A stretch of DNA of 64,000 nt from Terriglobia bacterium. Lineage in GTDB: Bacteria > Acidobacteriota > Terriglobia > 20CM-2-55-15. Positions within the stretch are counted from its first letter, which is position 1, and every line of letters begins with the position of its first letter. The notes under the pieces were generated by a model, which was not told the DNA's origin, did not search any database, and was given only the letters and a program-made list of their open reading frames with translations. The stretch spans positions 64,001 through 128,000 of the forward strand of contig CBDCLE010000025.1 of NCBI GenBank assembly GCA_965218585.1, given 5' to 3'. Shown one piece after another: positions 33,006-42,364 of this stretch. Made by a program: the position numbers and the translations under genes.

Positions 33006-33916
33006 TCGGTGAGAAAACGCCGTCCTTCAGTATCGATCCCGGAAACTCTTAAAGACGCCTCCACACCACTCTGTCCGAACAACTTGACAATCTCCCTGCC
33101 GACGGTCTCAGCCGACTGGGGCACGGTGAAACCGAGAACTGTCGGCCCTGCTCCACTCAAGGCGATGCCGGCGAGTCCGTCGATCTTCATCTCCAGGATT
33201 TTCTCAAATCCTGGAATCAACGGTGCCCTGTACGGCTGATGGACCCGATCTCTCATGGCTTCTGAAAGCATCGTCCAATCTCCGCTCGTCAACGCAGCGA
33301 CAATCAGCGCCGACCGCTGGATGTTGAAAACAGCATCCCCTCGTGAGTAACGCTCCGGCAGCACCTCACGAGCCTTCTGGGTCGAGAGTTCGAACTCCGG
33401 AATCACCAGAACCGGTGTTATTCCATCGGAAACACTCATCGTGGACGACATGGCCTGCCCGTTCTCGCCAACAGCGGAGACCGTGAGCCCTCCGAGGAGC
33501 CCGGCAGCCAGATTGTCCGGATGGGGTTCGAACTCCATCGCACAATCGAAAATCTCTCGCTCCGACAAAGACTCCCCTGCAACTATCTCGTAACAGGAGA
33601 TCCCGGCAAGAATCGCCGTCGCACTGCTTCCCAATCCTCGCGCCAACGGTATTTCATTCTCGACTTTCAGGAGTACCGGTGCTAATTGCCGGCCACGCCG
33701 TTCGGCCACAGCCTCCATCACCTGGACAATCAGGTTTTCCCTACCTTCGGGCATCTTCTCGTTGTCAACGCCCCTGGCAACGACACCGGTCGAACTCGCT
33801 GCTTCGACTTCTACCCTCAGGTAGATTCGAAGCGCCAGGCTCAATGCGTCGAAGCCGGGGCCCAGGTTCGACGTGCTCGCTGGCACCCGGACACCGATCG
33901 GTCTACTCACAGTCAT
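33002..33916 (-). CDS. thrB: Homoserine kinase
   Basis: PASTSNLGPGFD, PLARGLGSS, HPDN, LSGAGPT. Confidence 0.95.
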   Translation of the reverse strand: MTVSRPIGVRVPASTSNLGPGFDALSLALRIYLRVEVEAASSTGVVARGVDNEKMPEGRENLIVQVMEAVAERRGRQLAPVLLKVENEIPLARGLGSSATAILAGISCYEIVAGESLSEREIFDCAMEFEPHPDNLAAGLLGGLTVSAVGENGQAMSSTMSVSDGITPVLVIPEFELSTQKAREVLPERYSRGDAVFNIQRSALIVAALTSGDWTMLSEAMRDRVHQPYRAPLIPGFEKILEMKIDGLAGIALSGAGPTVLGFTVPQSAETVGREIVKLFGQSGVEASLRVSGIDTEGRRFLTE

Positions 33917-35331
33917 TCCAATAAGGCCGCCCTCGCTCCGAAAACATGCTCCGGAGCCGGCTGCCCTGTCCAGATTTCAAACTGACGCGCGGCCTGGGAA
34001 ACAAACATTTCTGTGCCCGCCACCACCTGTTTCCCTTGCCTTTCGGCCTCGCTTAACAAGCGGGTAAGCGGTGGGCTGTAGACCATGTCGAAAACAAGGT
34101 CGGCATGGATCGTGCCTCGGATCGGCATCGCGTCAACGTCGGGAGTCATGCCCACAGGTGTCGCATTCACTAGAAGGTCCTCTTCATGTCTGGAGTAATT
34201 CTCGAGACGATCCACCTTCACGGGGCGAGACCAGTCCAGAGTTCCAGCCTCCATGCTTCGCGATAGCACAGTCACCGATTCCGCAGACTCCAGCGCCGCA
34301 ACGGCTGCCCGGGCCGCACCACCGGTGCCCAGGACGATCACCTTCTTGCCACGAACGTCGAATCCTTTGAGTGCTTCGCGTATTCCGTACACGTCCGTGT
34401 TGTCGCCTTTCCATCTGCCTTCGTCGCGAAACACGGTGTTCACTGCGCCTACGGCCGAAGCTTCCGGTGTTACATCGTCCAGGTACCGCATGACCTCCAC
34501 CTTGTGCGGAATCGTGACTGAGAAACCTTCGATCCCGATACGTTCCGCATTCTCAAAAAAGTCGTCCACACTCTCCACGGAAAACTTCATGTAAACATAA
34601 TCAAGTCCCGCGGCGCCGAACGCCTTGTTGTGCAACGACGGCGATCTTGAATGGTCCACCGGATTTCCCACGATTCCAATAAGACGCGTCGAAGACGCGA
34701 TCTCACGGAATCGATAGGTGCCAAGCAATTCCCCCAGGCCAAGTTGACCTGGGGCGGAGGGCTGTCCGGCCGACGTGTACGTCAAAGCGCTGCCTCGACA
34801 TGGTCCGACGATCCTCGTGATCTGCCCGAGAACCCCCATCCCGATGACAATCACCGGCTTCGGCCACGGTTCGTCGAGCAGATCAAGGAGCCTTCGGTTG
34901 TCTGACCATGTCCGGACCGACGTCGCGATCTTGGCCACAGACGCTGGACTCTGACAGACTGCGTCCAGCAGTTCCCGAAGATCCTCCGGGGTCGAATCGA
35001 AGTCGTGATACGAGCTGATTATGCCGGCCGAGGAAAACTGCTTCGCAAACCGGTAATCCAGATCCACCCAGCGGGCTCCGTTCCGAACAGCCTGCTCAAG
35101 TATTTTCAGCTGGTCGTCCCTCGACCCAGCAAACAGACCGCCTTCGGCGCGGCCCCGGCACGTGGCGATCGCGGGAACCGGCAGGTCGCCCCATCTGATC
35201 TCTCCAGATGCCTCTGGATCGTCAAGGTAGTCCAGGCGTACCTCGACGCAGTCCGCCCCATCCGTGGCCGAGGCAACGACTTCGGCTACGTCCTTAGGTG
35301 TCAGGGAAACACAGACAGATCCCGGGAACAT
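33913..35331 (-). CDS. aroE: Fused type I 3-dehydroquinate dehydratase/shikimate dehydrogenase (AroD-AroE)
   Basis: N-half VEVRLD, SYHDF, SAPGQL; C-half HSRSPSLHN, SVTIPHK, GAVNT, NTD, GTGGAA. True start is MFPGSVCVSL at 35331, just after the cysK stop. Confidence 0.92.
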   Translation of the reverse strand: MFPGSVCVSLTPKDVAEVVASATDGADCVEVRLDYLDDPEASGEIRWGDLPVPAIATCRGRAEGGLFAGSRDDQLKILEQAVRNGARWVDLDYRFAKQFSSAGIISSYHDFDSTPEDLRELLDAVCQSPASVAKIATSVRTWSDNRRLLDLLDEPWPKPVIVIGMGVLGQITRIVGPCRGSALTYTSAGQPSAPGQLGLGELLGTYRFREIASSTRLIGIVGNPVDHSRSPSLHNKAFGAAGLDYVYMKFSVESVDDFFENAERIGIEGFSVTIPHKVEVMRYLDDVTPEASAVGAVNTVFRDEGRWKGDNTDVYGIREALKGFDVRGKKVIVLGTGGAARAAVAALESAESVTVLSRSMEAGTLDWSRPVKVDRLENYSRHEEDLLVNATPVGMTPDVDAMPIRGTIHADLVFDMVYSPPLTRLLSEAERQGKQVVAGTEMFVSQAARQFEIWTGQPAPEHVFGARAALLE

Positions 35332-35332
35332 T

Positions 35333-36256
35333 TCAAGCAAACAACTCCGTGCTGAGGTAGCGCTCCCCGGTATCACACATGATTGCGAGGACTCTCTTTC
35401 CGGATCCGAATTCACGAGACACTTCCATCGCAACGTGGAGGATTGCACCTGAAGAAATCCCGACCAGGATGCCTTCCTTTTCTGCCAGAAGGCGTGCCTG
35501 CCGACGGGCATCCATGTAACGGACCGGTACGATGTGATCGACGACGTCAAGATTGAGAACTTCAGGTACAAAACCAGCGCCAATACCCTGAATCGGGTGA
35601 GGTGCCGGAGCACCTCCGGAAAGTACCGGAGAGTCGCTGGGTTCGATCGCATAGAGCTGCAGTTGCGGGAGTTCTGCTTTGAGCGCTTCACCCGTGCCGG
35701 TGGCCGTTCCTCCGGTTCCGATACCAACAACCAGCGCGTCCAGCTCCCCGCTTACAGCATCAAGGATTTCGCGTGCCGTCGTTCGCCGGTGGGCGTCAGG
35801 ATTCGCTTCGTTACGAAACTGATGGGGCATAAAATAGCCCGGGTTTTCCCGAACGAGATCCTCAGCCTTGTCTATAGCTCCCTGCATGACATCGTTTCTC
35901 GGCGTCACGACAATTTCTGCTCCAAAAGCTCTCAGAAGGTTCAACCGTTCGATGCTCATGTCTTCGGGCATGGTCAGGATCACCTTGTAGCCCTTTGAGG
36001 CAGCGACCATGGCAAGACCCACACCTGTGTTGCCGCTGGTCGGCTCTACGATGGTGCCACCGGGCTTCAGTCGCCCGTCCCGCTCGGCCGCTTCGATCAT
36101 GCTGAGCCCAATCCGGTCCTTCACGCTGCCGCCGGGATTGAAAAATTCCAGTTTGACCAGAAGGTCTGCCCATCCCGGCTCCGAAAGCCGGTTGAGCCGC
36201 ACAACCGGCGTATTCCCGACCAACTCGCAAATGCTGTCGTAAATCCGGTTCGACAT
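35333..36256 (-). CDS. cysK: Cysteine synthase A
   Basis: GNTPVV, NPGGSVKDR, EPTSGNTG, GTGGT, IQGIGAGF, GERYLST; ATG 36256 follows AGAGG. Confidence 0.95.
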   Translation of the reverse strand: MSNRIYDSICELVGNTPVVRLNRLSEPGWADLLVKLEFFNPGGSVKDRIGLSMIEAAERDGRLKPGGTIVEPTSGNTGVGLAMVAASKGYKVILTMPEDMSIERLNLLRAFGAEIVVTPRNDVMQGAIDKAEDLVRENPGYFMPHQFRNEANPDAHRRTTAREILDAVSGELDALVVGIGTGGTATGTGEALKAELPQLQLYAIEPSDSPVLSGGAPAPHPIQGIGAGFVPEVLNLDVVDHIVPVRYMDARRQARLLAEKEGILVGISSGAILHVAMEVSREFGSGKRVLAIMCDTGERYLSTELFA

Positions 36257-36444
36257 GGTTCCTCTTCTTATGATTATGTTCTCCAGCAGGTTTTCGGGCA
36301 CTCACCCACTGCGACGCCCAATCACGAGTGCGGAAACTTCTCACGATATCACAAATCGGGCTCAAACGGTTCAATTCATTAGTAGATAGCCGTCGCCAGA
36401 CCACCTCCGCCCGGGGATCTTGATCCAGACAGCTCTGCGGAACA

Positions 36445-36471
36445 GAATGTGCGCAATATTTGCGCGCATTC
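36445..36471. promoter_or_regulatory. Near-perfect 27-bp palindrome, candidate transcription-factor operator
   Basis: GAATGTGCGCAA-TAT-TTGCGCGCATTC (11 of 12 arm positions match) in the divergent cysK/LysM intergenic region. Confidence 0.45.
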
Positions 36472-36664
36472 AACTATCGCCATTCTCCTCCAGGGTGAAA
36501 TCGTCCAAGCTGAATTCCCTCGGACCCTCCCGACCCCTTTCGGGGGAAACAGCTATGGGTTCGGGAGTCACACCTATCCCACCACAGGATCTTGAGTTCC
36601 CAAATCAACCAAGTGTTATCAATATGTTGACTCCCACCCGGCCTTCTGTTAGAAAGGGGGCCTT

Positions 36665-37758
36665 ATGAAGAAATTCCTCACGTTGACGGCCTTGATAATG
36701 CTCGTGTCTGCAACGGGAAGCGGGCAACAGGGGCCCCTTCCTGAGCAGGGAGCACCTCCGAGCGAATTGACCGAGCGGGACGGATTCGTGAGCGCAAACA
36801 ATGCGCCCATCACTACAGAGAACTTCGAAGTACATGTCGTCGAAGAGGGTGACACTCTCTGGGACATTGCCAGGCGCTATCTGAACAACTCCTTCCTGTG
36901 GCCGCAGCTTTGGGAATCCAACGAACACATTATCAATCCGCATTGGATCTATCCGCAGGACCAGATCTTAATCCGGGCTATCACCCAGATAACCCAAGCA
37001 GTTGAGCCACAAGCTCCGGAACCGGTAGTGGATGCCGAGCCAGAGCCGGAACCGGTAGCTCAGGTTCGATTGCCGGCGACACCTCAGCTGACACCAGAGT
37101 CAGCTCCCGCCCCGCCTCCGGTCATCTTTGAACTACCGGATCTCCGCGAGAGATCAGCAGTACACGTGAGAGCGTGGGAGACCTGGGAATGCACTACCTG
37201 AAAATCGGCCAGATGCGTGCCGTAATGGTGCAACCGGAGTTTTCGATGGCGCGTGTGGTCCATGCCTGTGATGGGATTGAAATCGGCGACACGATCATTG
37301 CCTTTGAGGAAATAGATTTTCCGGAACTCCCTGCGGACCGTCCCTTTAATTCGATGATGCCGAGCACGGGGAAGACTACTGGAGCAATAGTGATGTCGCG
37401 CGACACGTTGTTGAATTCAGGGTCACCGCTGTTTGGGGGGACAACCGTGGTACCCGGTGTTAGCGGCGGGCGACTTGGAGGGATCTCAAGTGGAGTCGTA
37501 GCCGAGGGGCAGGTCGTCTACATCGACCTCGGTGATCGAGACGGAATCCAGACGGGAAATCTCTTCTTGATTTACCGCCCACTGAACGCGGACTCACCGC
37601 TCCACCCACTCTCAGGAGAAGCAGCCAGGCTGCTGGCTGGGCAGAGGGAAGTCATCGGGGAGCTCGTTGTACTCAAGGTTCGAGAACGATCCGCAACTGC
37701 TCTGATTACTTTTACTTCGGGTGCCGTTTTCGCGGGTTCTTCGATCGAGCTCCGTTAG
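36665..37758 (+). CDS. Secreted LysM peptidoglycan-binding protein, split into two frames near 37165-37200
   Basis: Signal peptide, LysM HVVEEGDTLWDIARRYL...WPQLWESN..IINPHWIYP; C-terminal beta domain (VYIDLGDRDGIQTG...IGELVVL) in a second frame. Confidence 0.75.
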
Positions 37759-38554
37759 ACGGCACCCTGCCTGCCTGCACGACGCGAATAAAGAAAAACG
37801 CCCCGATGAGCAGCATGGGAAGACTGAGAAGCTGACCCCGGGTCAGCGGTCCCATATCCAAGCCGATGTGTGCATCGGGGGAGCGCAGGAACTCGACCAT
37901 AAACCGGACCAGCCCGTATCCGGAGATCAACCCCCATAAGGCCGCTCCCGGATGGAAAGACCGGTTGTAGATCCACCGCACAAACAGAAATAGAACAAGT
38001 CCTTCCAGCAAAGCTTCATACAATTGCGACGGGTGACGCCCCACGTTCCCGCCCCCGGGGAAGACCATCGCCCATGGCAGGGAAGTTTCGCGGCCATAAA
38101 GCTCACCGTTAATGAAGTTTCCGATGCGTCCCAACCCCAATCCGATGGGAACGGCAAGCGCAATCATGTCGCCAACTTGCCAGAAATCCCAGCGCCTGCG
38201 CCTCACGACCAGCACGGCTGCCAGCGTCGTACCGAGCAGGCCGCCATGAAAGGACATCCCCCCCTCCCAGATCGCGACAATAGACAAGGGATCCTGAATG
38301 TATGCCCCCAGGTCATAGATCAATACGTACCCGAATCGCCCACCCAGCATGACACCCAGGATGAGATAAAACAGCAGATCGTAAAGATCGTCTCTGGACA
38401 AGGACAGTCGTCCCTGCCTTACCACACTTTTCATGACGAAATAGGCAGCGACAAACCCCAACATGTACATCAGTCCGTACCAGCGGAGTTGGAGTGGCCC
38501 GATTTCAAAAAAGACAGGATCAATTCCGTGAAAGGGAAGCTGAAGTAGCATCAT
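37712..38554 (-). CDS. lgt: Prolipoprotein diacylglyceryl transferase
   Basis: LRWYGLMY, GGRFGYV, GGMSFHGG, GRIGNFINGELYGR, HPSQLYE; ATGA overlap at 38551-38554. Confidence 0.96.
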   Translation of the reverse strand: MMLLQLPFHGIDPVFFEIGPLQLRWYGLMYMLGFVAAYFVMKSVVRQGRLSLSRDDLYDLLFYLILGVMLGGRFGYVLIYDLGAYIQDPLSIVAIWEGGMSFHGGLLGTTLAAVLVVRRRRWDFWQVGDMIALAVPIGLGLGRIGNFINGELYGRETSLPWAMVFPGGGNVGRHPSQLYEALLEGLVLFLFVRWIYNRSFHPGAALWGLISGYGLVRFMVEFLRSPDAHIGLDMGPLTRGQLLSLPMLLIGAFFFIRVVQAGRVPSNGARSKNPRKRHPK

Positions 38555-39108
38555 TCGGCCCGGACACTTTCTCCAAACACCAGGGCCTCGAAAGAAAAAA
38601 TCTGAGCTCCCTCCTGCCAGGCCTCTCGGGAAAGCCCTGCCTTCACGCACGTCTCGGAGAGAAATTCTGCTCGATCCCAACCGTACTCGGTCGCGACTTG
38701 GGGCAGCAGGAGACCCCTCCGTCCATCCTTTTCGACCAACAACCCGTGTCGACCAACCTCGAGTTTGTCCGGTGCCTCAACCTTTTGCAGAACAGACAAA
38801 ACGGAGATCTCGAACCTCAGCCCCTCAAGCTCTTCGATCCTGACCGGGGGGAACCGGGGGTCAGACACAGCGGCCGAAACGGCGCATTCGGCGGTCACCT
38901 CATAAAGAGGCCCTTCCGACTCGATACGTCCGATACAACCACGGAGTTGGGCCTCGCGATGAATAGATACAAAGACTCCGCACTCGGTGCTTAACGAAGG
39001 ACTAAGAGCTCCCGATTTTTCGGCGGGGGTGTCTGTCAGATAAGAACGAACGGCTGTGCGGGCGATGCCGAGAAGTAGTCGTCTTTCCTGATTACTGAGT
39101 GGGAGCAT
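38551..39108 (-). CDS. AMMECR1-domain protein (AmmeMemoRadiSam system protein A)
   Basis: GVFVSI...LRGCIG, AAVSDPRF, EISVLS, GLLLPQVA, CVKAGL. Confidence 0.92.
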   Translation of the reverse strand: MLPLSNQERRLLLGIARTAVRSYLTDTPAEKSGALSPSLSTECGVFVSIHREAQLRGCIGRIESEGPLYEVTAECAVSAAVSDPRFPPVRIEELEGLRFEISVLSVLQKVEAPDKLEVGRHGLLVEKDGRRGLLLPQVATEYGWDRAEFLSETCVKAGLSREAWQEGAQIFSFEALVFGESVRAE

Positions 39109-39694
39109 GCCGACCCTGCCTCTTCTTCACGAGAACGTGGCGGCGGCGCTCCTGCTGGGCTTTGAAACGGTGGTCAATCTTAGACCAGAAGGTACGGAAG
39201 TATCCGACAGCGGACCAAAGCGCAAAAAGGACAACCATCCAGAGCGCGATGTTTCCGGCGGCGCTGAAGAAAAATGTGTATTCGCTCCCCAGGATCAACA
39301 GTGTGATTGCAGCAACTTGCGCACCCATCTTCAACTTGCCGAGCTCGGATGCCTCAATCGTAAAGCCCTGAGAGGCAGCAATGCTGCGAAGGCCACTGAC
39401 AGCAAACTCCCGACCGATGATGACAACGACCATCCAGGCTTGGACGATCTGAAGCTCAACGAGCGAAATGAAGGCTGCCGACACCAAGAGCTTGTCGGCG
39501 ACCGGATCCAGGAGCATTCCCAGAGTGGTTACTTCGTTCCTCGACCGGGCAAGATAGCCGTCGAGAAAGTCGGTCATGGACGCCGCGAGAAACACCGCGG
39601 CTGCGATCGACACACTGTACTTCGTCAACAGCAGCGTCACCAGCACCGGTACGAGGAAAATCCTCGATAGCGTCACTGCATTAGGCAGATTCAT
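39092..39694 (-). CDS. pgsA: CDP-diacylglycerol--glycerol-3-phosphate 3-phosphatidyltransferase
   Basis: MNLPNAVTLSR, DFLDGYLAR...LGMLLDPVADK, GKLKM. Confidence 0.93.
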   Translation of the reverse strand: MNLPNAVTLSRIFLVPVLVTLLLTKYSVSIAAAVFLAASMTDFLDGYLARSRNEVTTLGMLLDPVADKLLVSAAFISLVELQIVQAWMVVVIIGREFAVSGLRSIAASQGFTIEASELGKLKMGAQVAAITLLILGSEYTFFFSAAGNIALWMVVLFALWSAVGYFRTFWSKIDHRFKAQQERRRHVLVKKRQGRHAPTQ

Positions 39695-39782
39695 AAGGGT
39701 GGCCAGTCTATCAGATTTAAGGACTAATGGACCACGATTCAAGCACCCAATCGGGGCCACGGACCCGTCTGCTGTATTATAA

Positions 39783-40826
39783 GTGACGGTCATGAAAGGA
39801 CTCATCCTCGCAGGCGGCAAAGGGACGCGGCTCAGGCCGCTTACCTTGAATCTTCCCAAACCGATCGTGCCTGTAGCCAACCGGCCGTTTCTTCTCTACC
39901 AGATCGATCTCATGAAGAGTGCGGGAATTAGCGAAATCATATTGAGCCTGTCCTACCAACCTCGAAAGATTGAAGACCTGCTCAAGGACGGCGCGGATTT
40001 CGACGTTCTTATTCGTTACGCCGTGGAGAGCGCGCCTCTGGGAACGGCTGGGGCGTTTAAAAACGCAGAAGAGTGGATAGAAGGCCCTACGGTAGTCTTC
40101 AATGGAGACGTCCTGACGTCGATCAACCTTCCTGCGGTCATCGAAACCCACCGCCAGAAGAAGTCGGTAGCGACCCTGGTCCTGGCACCCGTTGAGGATC
40201 CGACCGCCTATGGCCTGGTAGAGTCGGACGACTCCGGGCAGATCCATCGGTTTCTCGAAAAGCCGGGGATGGACGAAATTACCTCCAACACGATTAACGC
40301 TGGGATTTACGTCCTCGAACCCTCCGTCCTCGAGGACATGCCAAAGGGAAAACCCTTTTCCTTCGAACGCGAACTGTTTCCGTCTTTATTAGAAAAGGGC
40401 AAACCTATGTATGCGGTCGTTTCGAACGAGTATTGGATCGACATAGGAACGCCCGGGAAATACCTCGAAGTACATCGCGATATCCTCGGCGGAAAGTTCG
40501 CCTCACCCGAGATTCCTCTGACGAAGTTGACGGCTGACACTATTCCCGGCAGCGCCTTTGTCGATAGTGCGTCTCGAGTGGCCGAAGGAGTCACAATCCG
40601 TGAAGGTGTCCGCATCGAGTCATCGGTCATTGGGCCCAACTGCAAAATCGATTCCGGAGCACACATCGTGGACTCGGTGATTTGGTCGGGAAATACGATC
40701 GACGCTGATGCGCGTATTTCAGGCAGCATATTGGCGCGCGGCTGTTACATAGGCCGGTCGGCAATGCTCCAGCCGGGTACTCTGCTCGGCGGCAAGTCCG
40801 TTGTGACGGATTACTCAATCTTGTAG
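39783..40826 (+). CDS. NDP-sugar pyrophosphorylase (mannose-1-phosphate guanylyltransferase-like)
   Basis: ILAGGKGTRLRPLT..PKP, PLGTAG, EKP, WIDIGTP and C-terminal hexapeptide repeats. Confidence 0.9.
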   Translation: MTVMKGLILAGGKGTRLRPLTLNLPKPIVPVANRPFLLYQIDLMKSAGISEIILSLSYQPRKIEDLLKDGADFDVLIRYAVESAPLGTAGAFKNAEEWIEGPTVVFNGDVLTSINLPAVIETHRQKKSVATLVLAPVEDPTAYGLVESDDSGQIHRFLEKPGMDEITSNTINAGIYVLEPSVLEDMPKGKPFSFERELFPSLLEKGKPMYAVVSNEYWIDIGTPGKYLEVHRDILGGKFASPEIPLTKLTADTIPGSAFVDSASRVAEGVTIREGVRIESSVIGPNCKIDSGAHIVDSVIWSGNTIDADARISGSILARGCYIGRSAMLQPGTLLGGKSVVTDYSIL

Positions 40827-40851
40827 GTACTCTTAGATTCCTTCTTCGTCA

Positions 40852-42261
40852 ATGACGATCCGCTTCGGAACCGATGGATGGCGAGCCGTCATAGCCGACG
40901 AGTTCACCTTCGACAACCTGCTTCTCGCATCCCAGGCCACGGCGGACTATTTCCAGACTGTAAACGGGCGCGAACGAACTGTCGTCGTGGGTTACGACGT
41001 TCGTTTTCTGTCTGGGAGGTTCGCCGCCGCCGCTGCCGAGGTCTTCGCCGGTAACGGATTTCGCGTACAGTTGATAGACCGTCCCTACACCACCCCTTAC
41101 GTTTCATTCGAAGTTCGACGCCAGGGCCTCGTGGGTGGCGTTGTTATTACGGCCAGCCATAACCCAGCCACCTTCAACGGCTTCAAGGTAAAGGCGGAAT
41201 ACGGCGGGAGCGCAACTCCCGAAATCACTCGAACCATAGAGGGGCATCTGGGAAAGCATGAGATTCGGACGTCGACAACCGGGATCGATTTGGTCGCGCC
41301 GTCCACGGAGTACTTCGAACATTTGAGATCACTGGTCGACTGGGAGCGAATCGCCGACTCCAATCTCAATGTCGTCGTGGATTCGATGCACGGGAGCGGA
41401 GGGCGGTTACTGGAAGAGATGCTGGCAGCGACGACGGTTAGCGTCGAAACAATTAGAGCTGAACCCGATCCGCTGTTTGGCGGCATCAGCCCTGAGCCTA
41501 TGATGCCTCAGCTAGAGCCCCTCGCGAAGATGGTTCGACAATCGGGCGCAGCAATCGGCCTGGCCACCGACGGAGATGCCGACCGCCTGGGCGTGGTCTC
41601 GAATGACGGGCGCTTTGTCAGCACGCTACAGGTATTGCCCCTTCTCCTACTCCACACCTACCGTACGCTCGGATGGCGGGGCTCGGTCGCCCATACCTTT
41701 TCCCAGAGCCAACTGATCAAACGCATTGCAAGCCGACTCGGCCTGGATGTCATCGAAACGCCGATCGGCTTTAAGAACATCGCCGAGTTGATGCTCAAAG
41801 GTCCGATCCTCATCGGAGGAGAAGAAAGTGGCGGGATCGGTCTGTCTAATCACTTACCTGAGCGAGATGGACTCTTCCTGCACCTGCTCCTGCTCGATCT
41901 GCTCGCTACGTCCGGAAAATCGCTCACTGCATTGATCGGCGATATGTGGGCGGAATTCGGCGAATTCCACTACAATCGTCTCGATTTGCAGATCGACTCG
42001 GAAGCAAGCGAACGGCTCATAAGTACCTTAAAAGAAAAGCCTCCGTCGAATTTAGCCGACCGATCGATCACCGAGATCCGGACGTTGGACGGCCTCAAGC
42101 TGGTACTGGAGGGTGACGGCTGGATCCTGTTCCGCAGATCGGGAACCGAGCCGGTTCTTCGGGTCTACTCTGAAGCGCCGGAGGAAACGGCGGTCACTGA
42201 AATTCTGGAAGCCGGCGTCAAATTGGTGGAACAATTCGCTCCCCCCGGTGTCTCACAATAG
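40852..42261 (+). CDS. Phosphoglucomutase/phosphomannomutase
   Basis: FGTDGWR, TASHNP, DGDADR, GEESG, RRSGTEP. Confidence 0.94.
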   Translation: MTIRFGTDGWRAVIADEFTFDNLLLASQATADYFQTVNGRERTVVVGYDVRFLSGRFAAAAAEVFAGNGFRVQLIDRPYTTPYVSFEVRRQGLVGGVVITASHNPATFNGFKVKAEYGGSATPEITRTIEGHLGKHEIRTSTTGIDLVAPSTEYFEHLRSLVDWERIADSNLNVVVDSMHGSGGRLLEEMLAATTVSVETIRAEPDPLFGGISPEPMMPQLEPLAKMVRQSGAAIGLATDGDADRLGVVSNDGRFVSTLQVLPLLLLHTYRTLGWRGSVAHTFSQSQLIKRIASRLGLDVIETPIGFKNIAELMLKGPILIGGEESGGIGLSNHLPERDGLFLHLLLLDLLATSGKSLTALIGDMWAEFGEFHYNRLDLQIDSEASERLISTLKEKPPSNLADRSITEIRTLDGLKLVLEGDGWILFRRSGTEPVLRVYSEAPEETAVTEILEAGVKLVEQFAPPGVSQ

Positions 42262-42321
42262 AGCACAAGAACTTACAATCCGTGGCAGAAGCTTTCCGGG
42301 CCGCGGGACGAGCATTGCCCC

Positions 42322-42330
42322 TGATATAAT
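42322..42330 (+). promoter_or_regulatory. Extended -10 promoter element of the ECF sigma gene
   Basis: TGATATAAT upstream of AAAGGAG and ATG 42365. Confidence 0.5.
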
Positions 42331-42364
42331 TGTGGAACGGCAGAAAGGAGACTCGTATCTCGTA

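Noticed and set aside
35332-35730. 133-aa N-terminal extension of AroD-AroE, and similar extensions on lgt, pgsA, rpmB, the sigma factor and the GNAT gene
   Set aside because: They overlap neighbouring genes or promoters and lack homologous motifs; they are longest-ORF artefacts.
36540-36610. c-di-AMP (ydaO) riboswitch-like words on the minus strand (GGGAAC...CCCGAACCC..AGCT)
   Set aside because: Other conserved elements are missing or out of order, and the orientation is opposite to the LysM gene; needs cmscan to settle.
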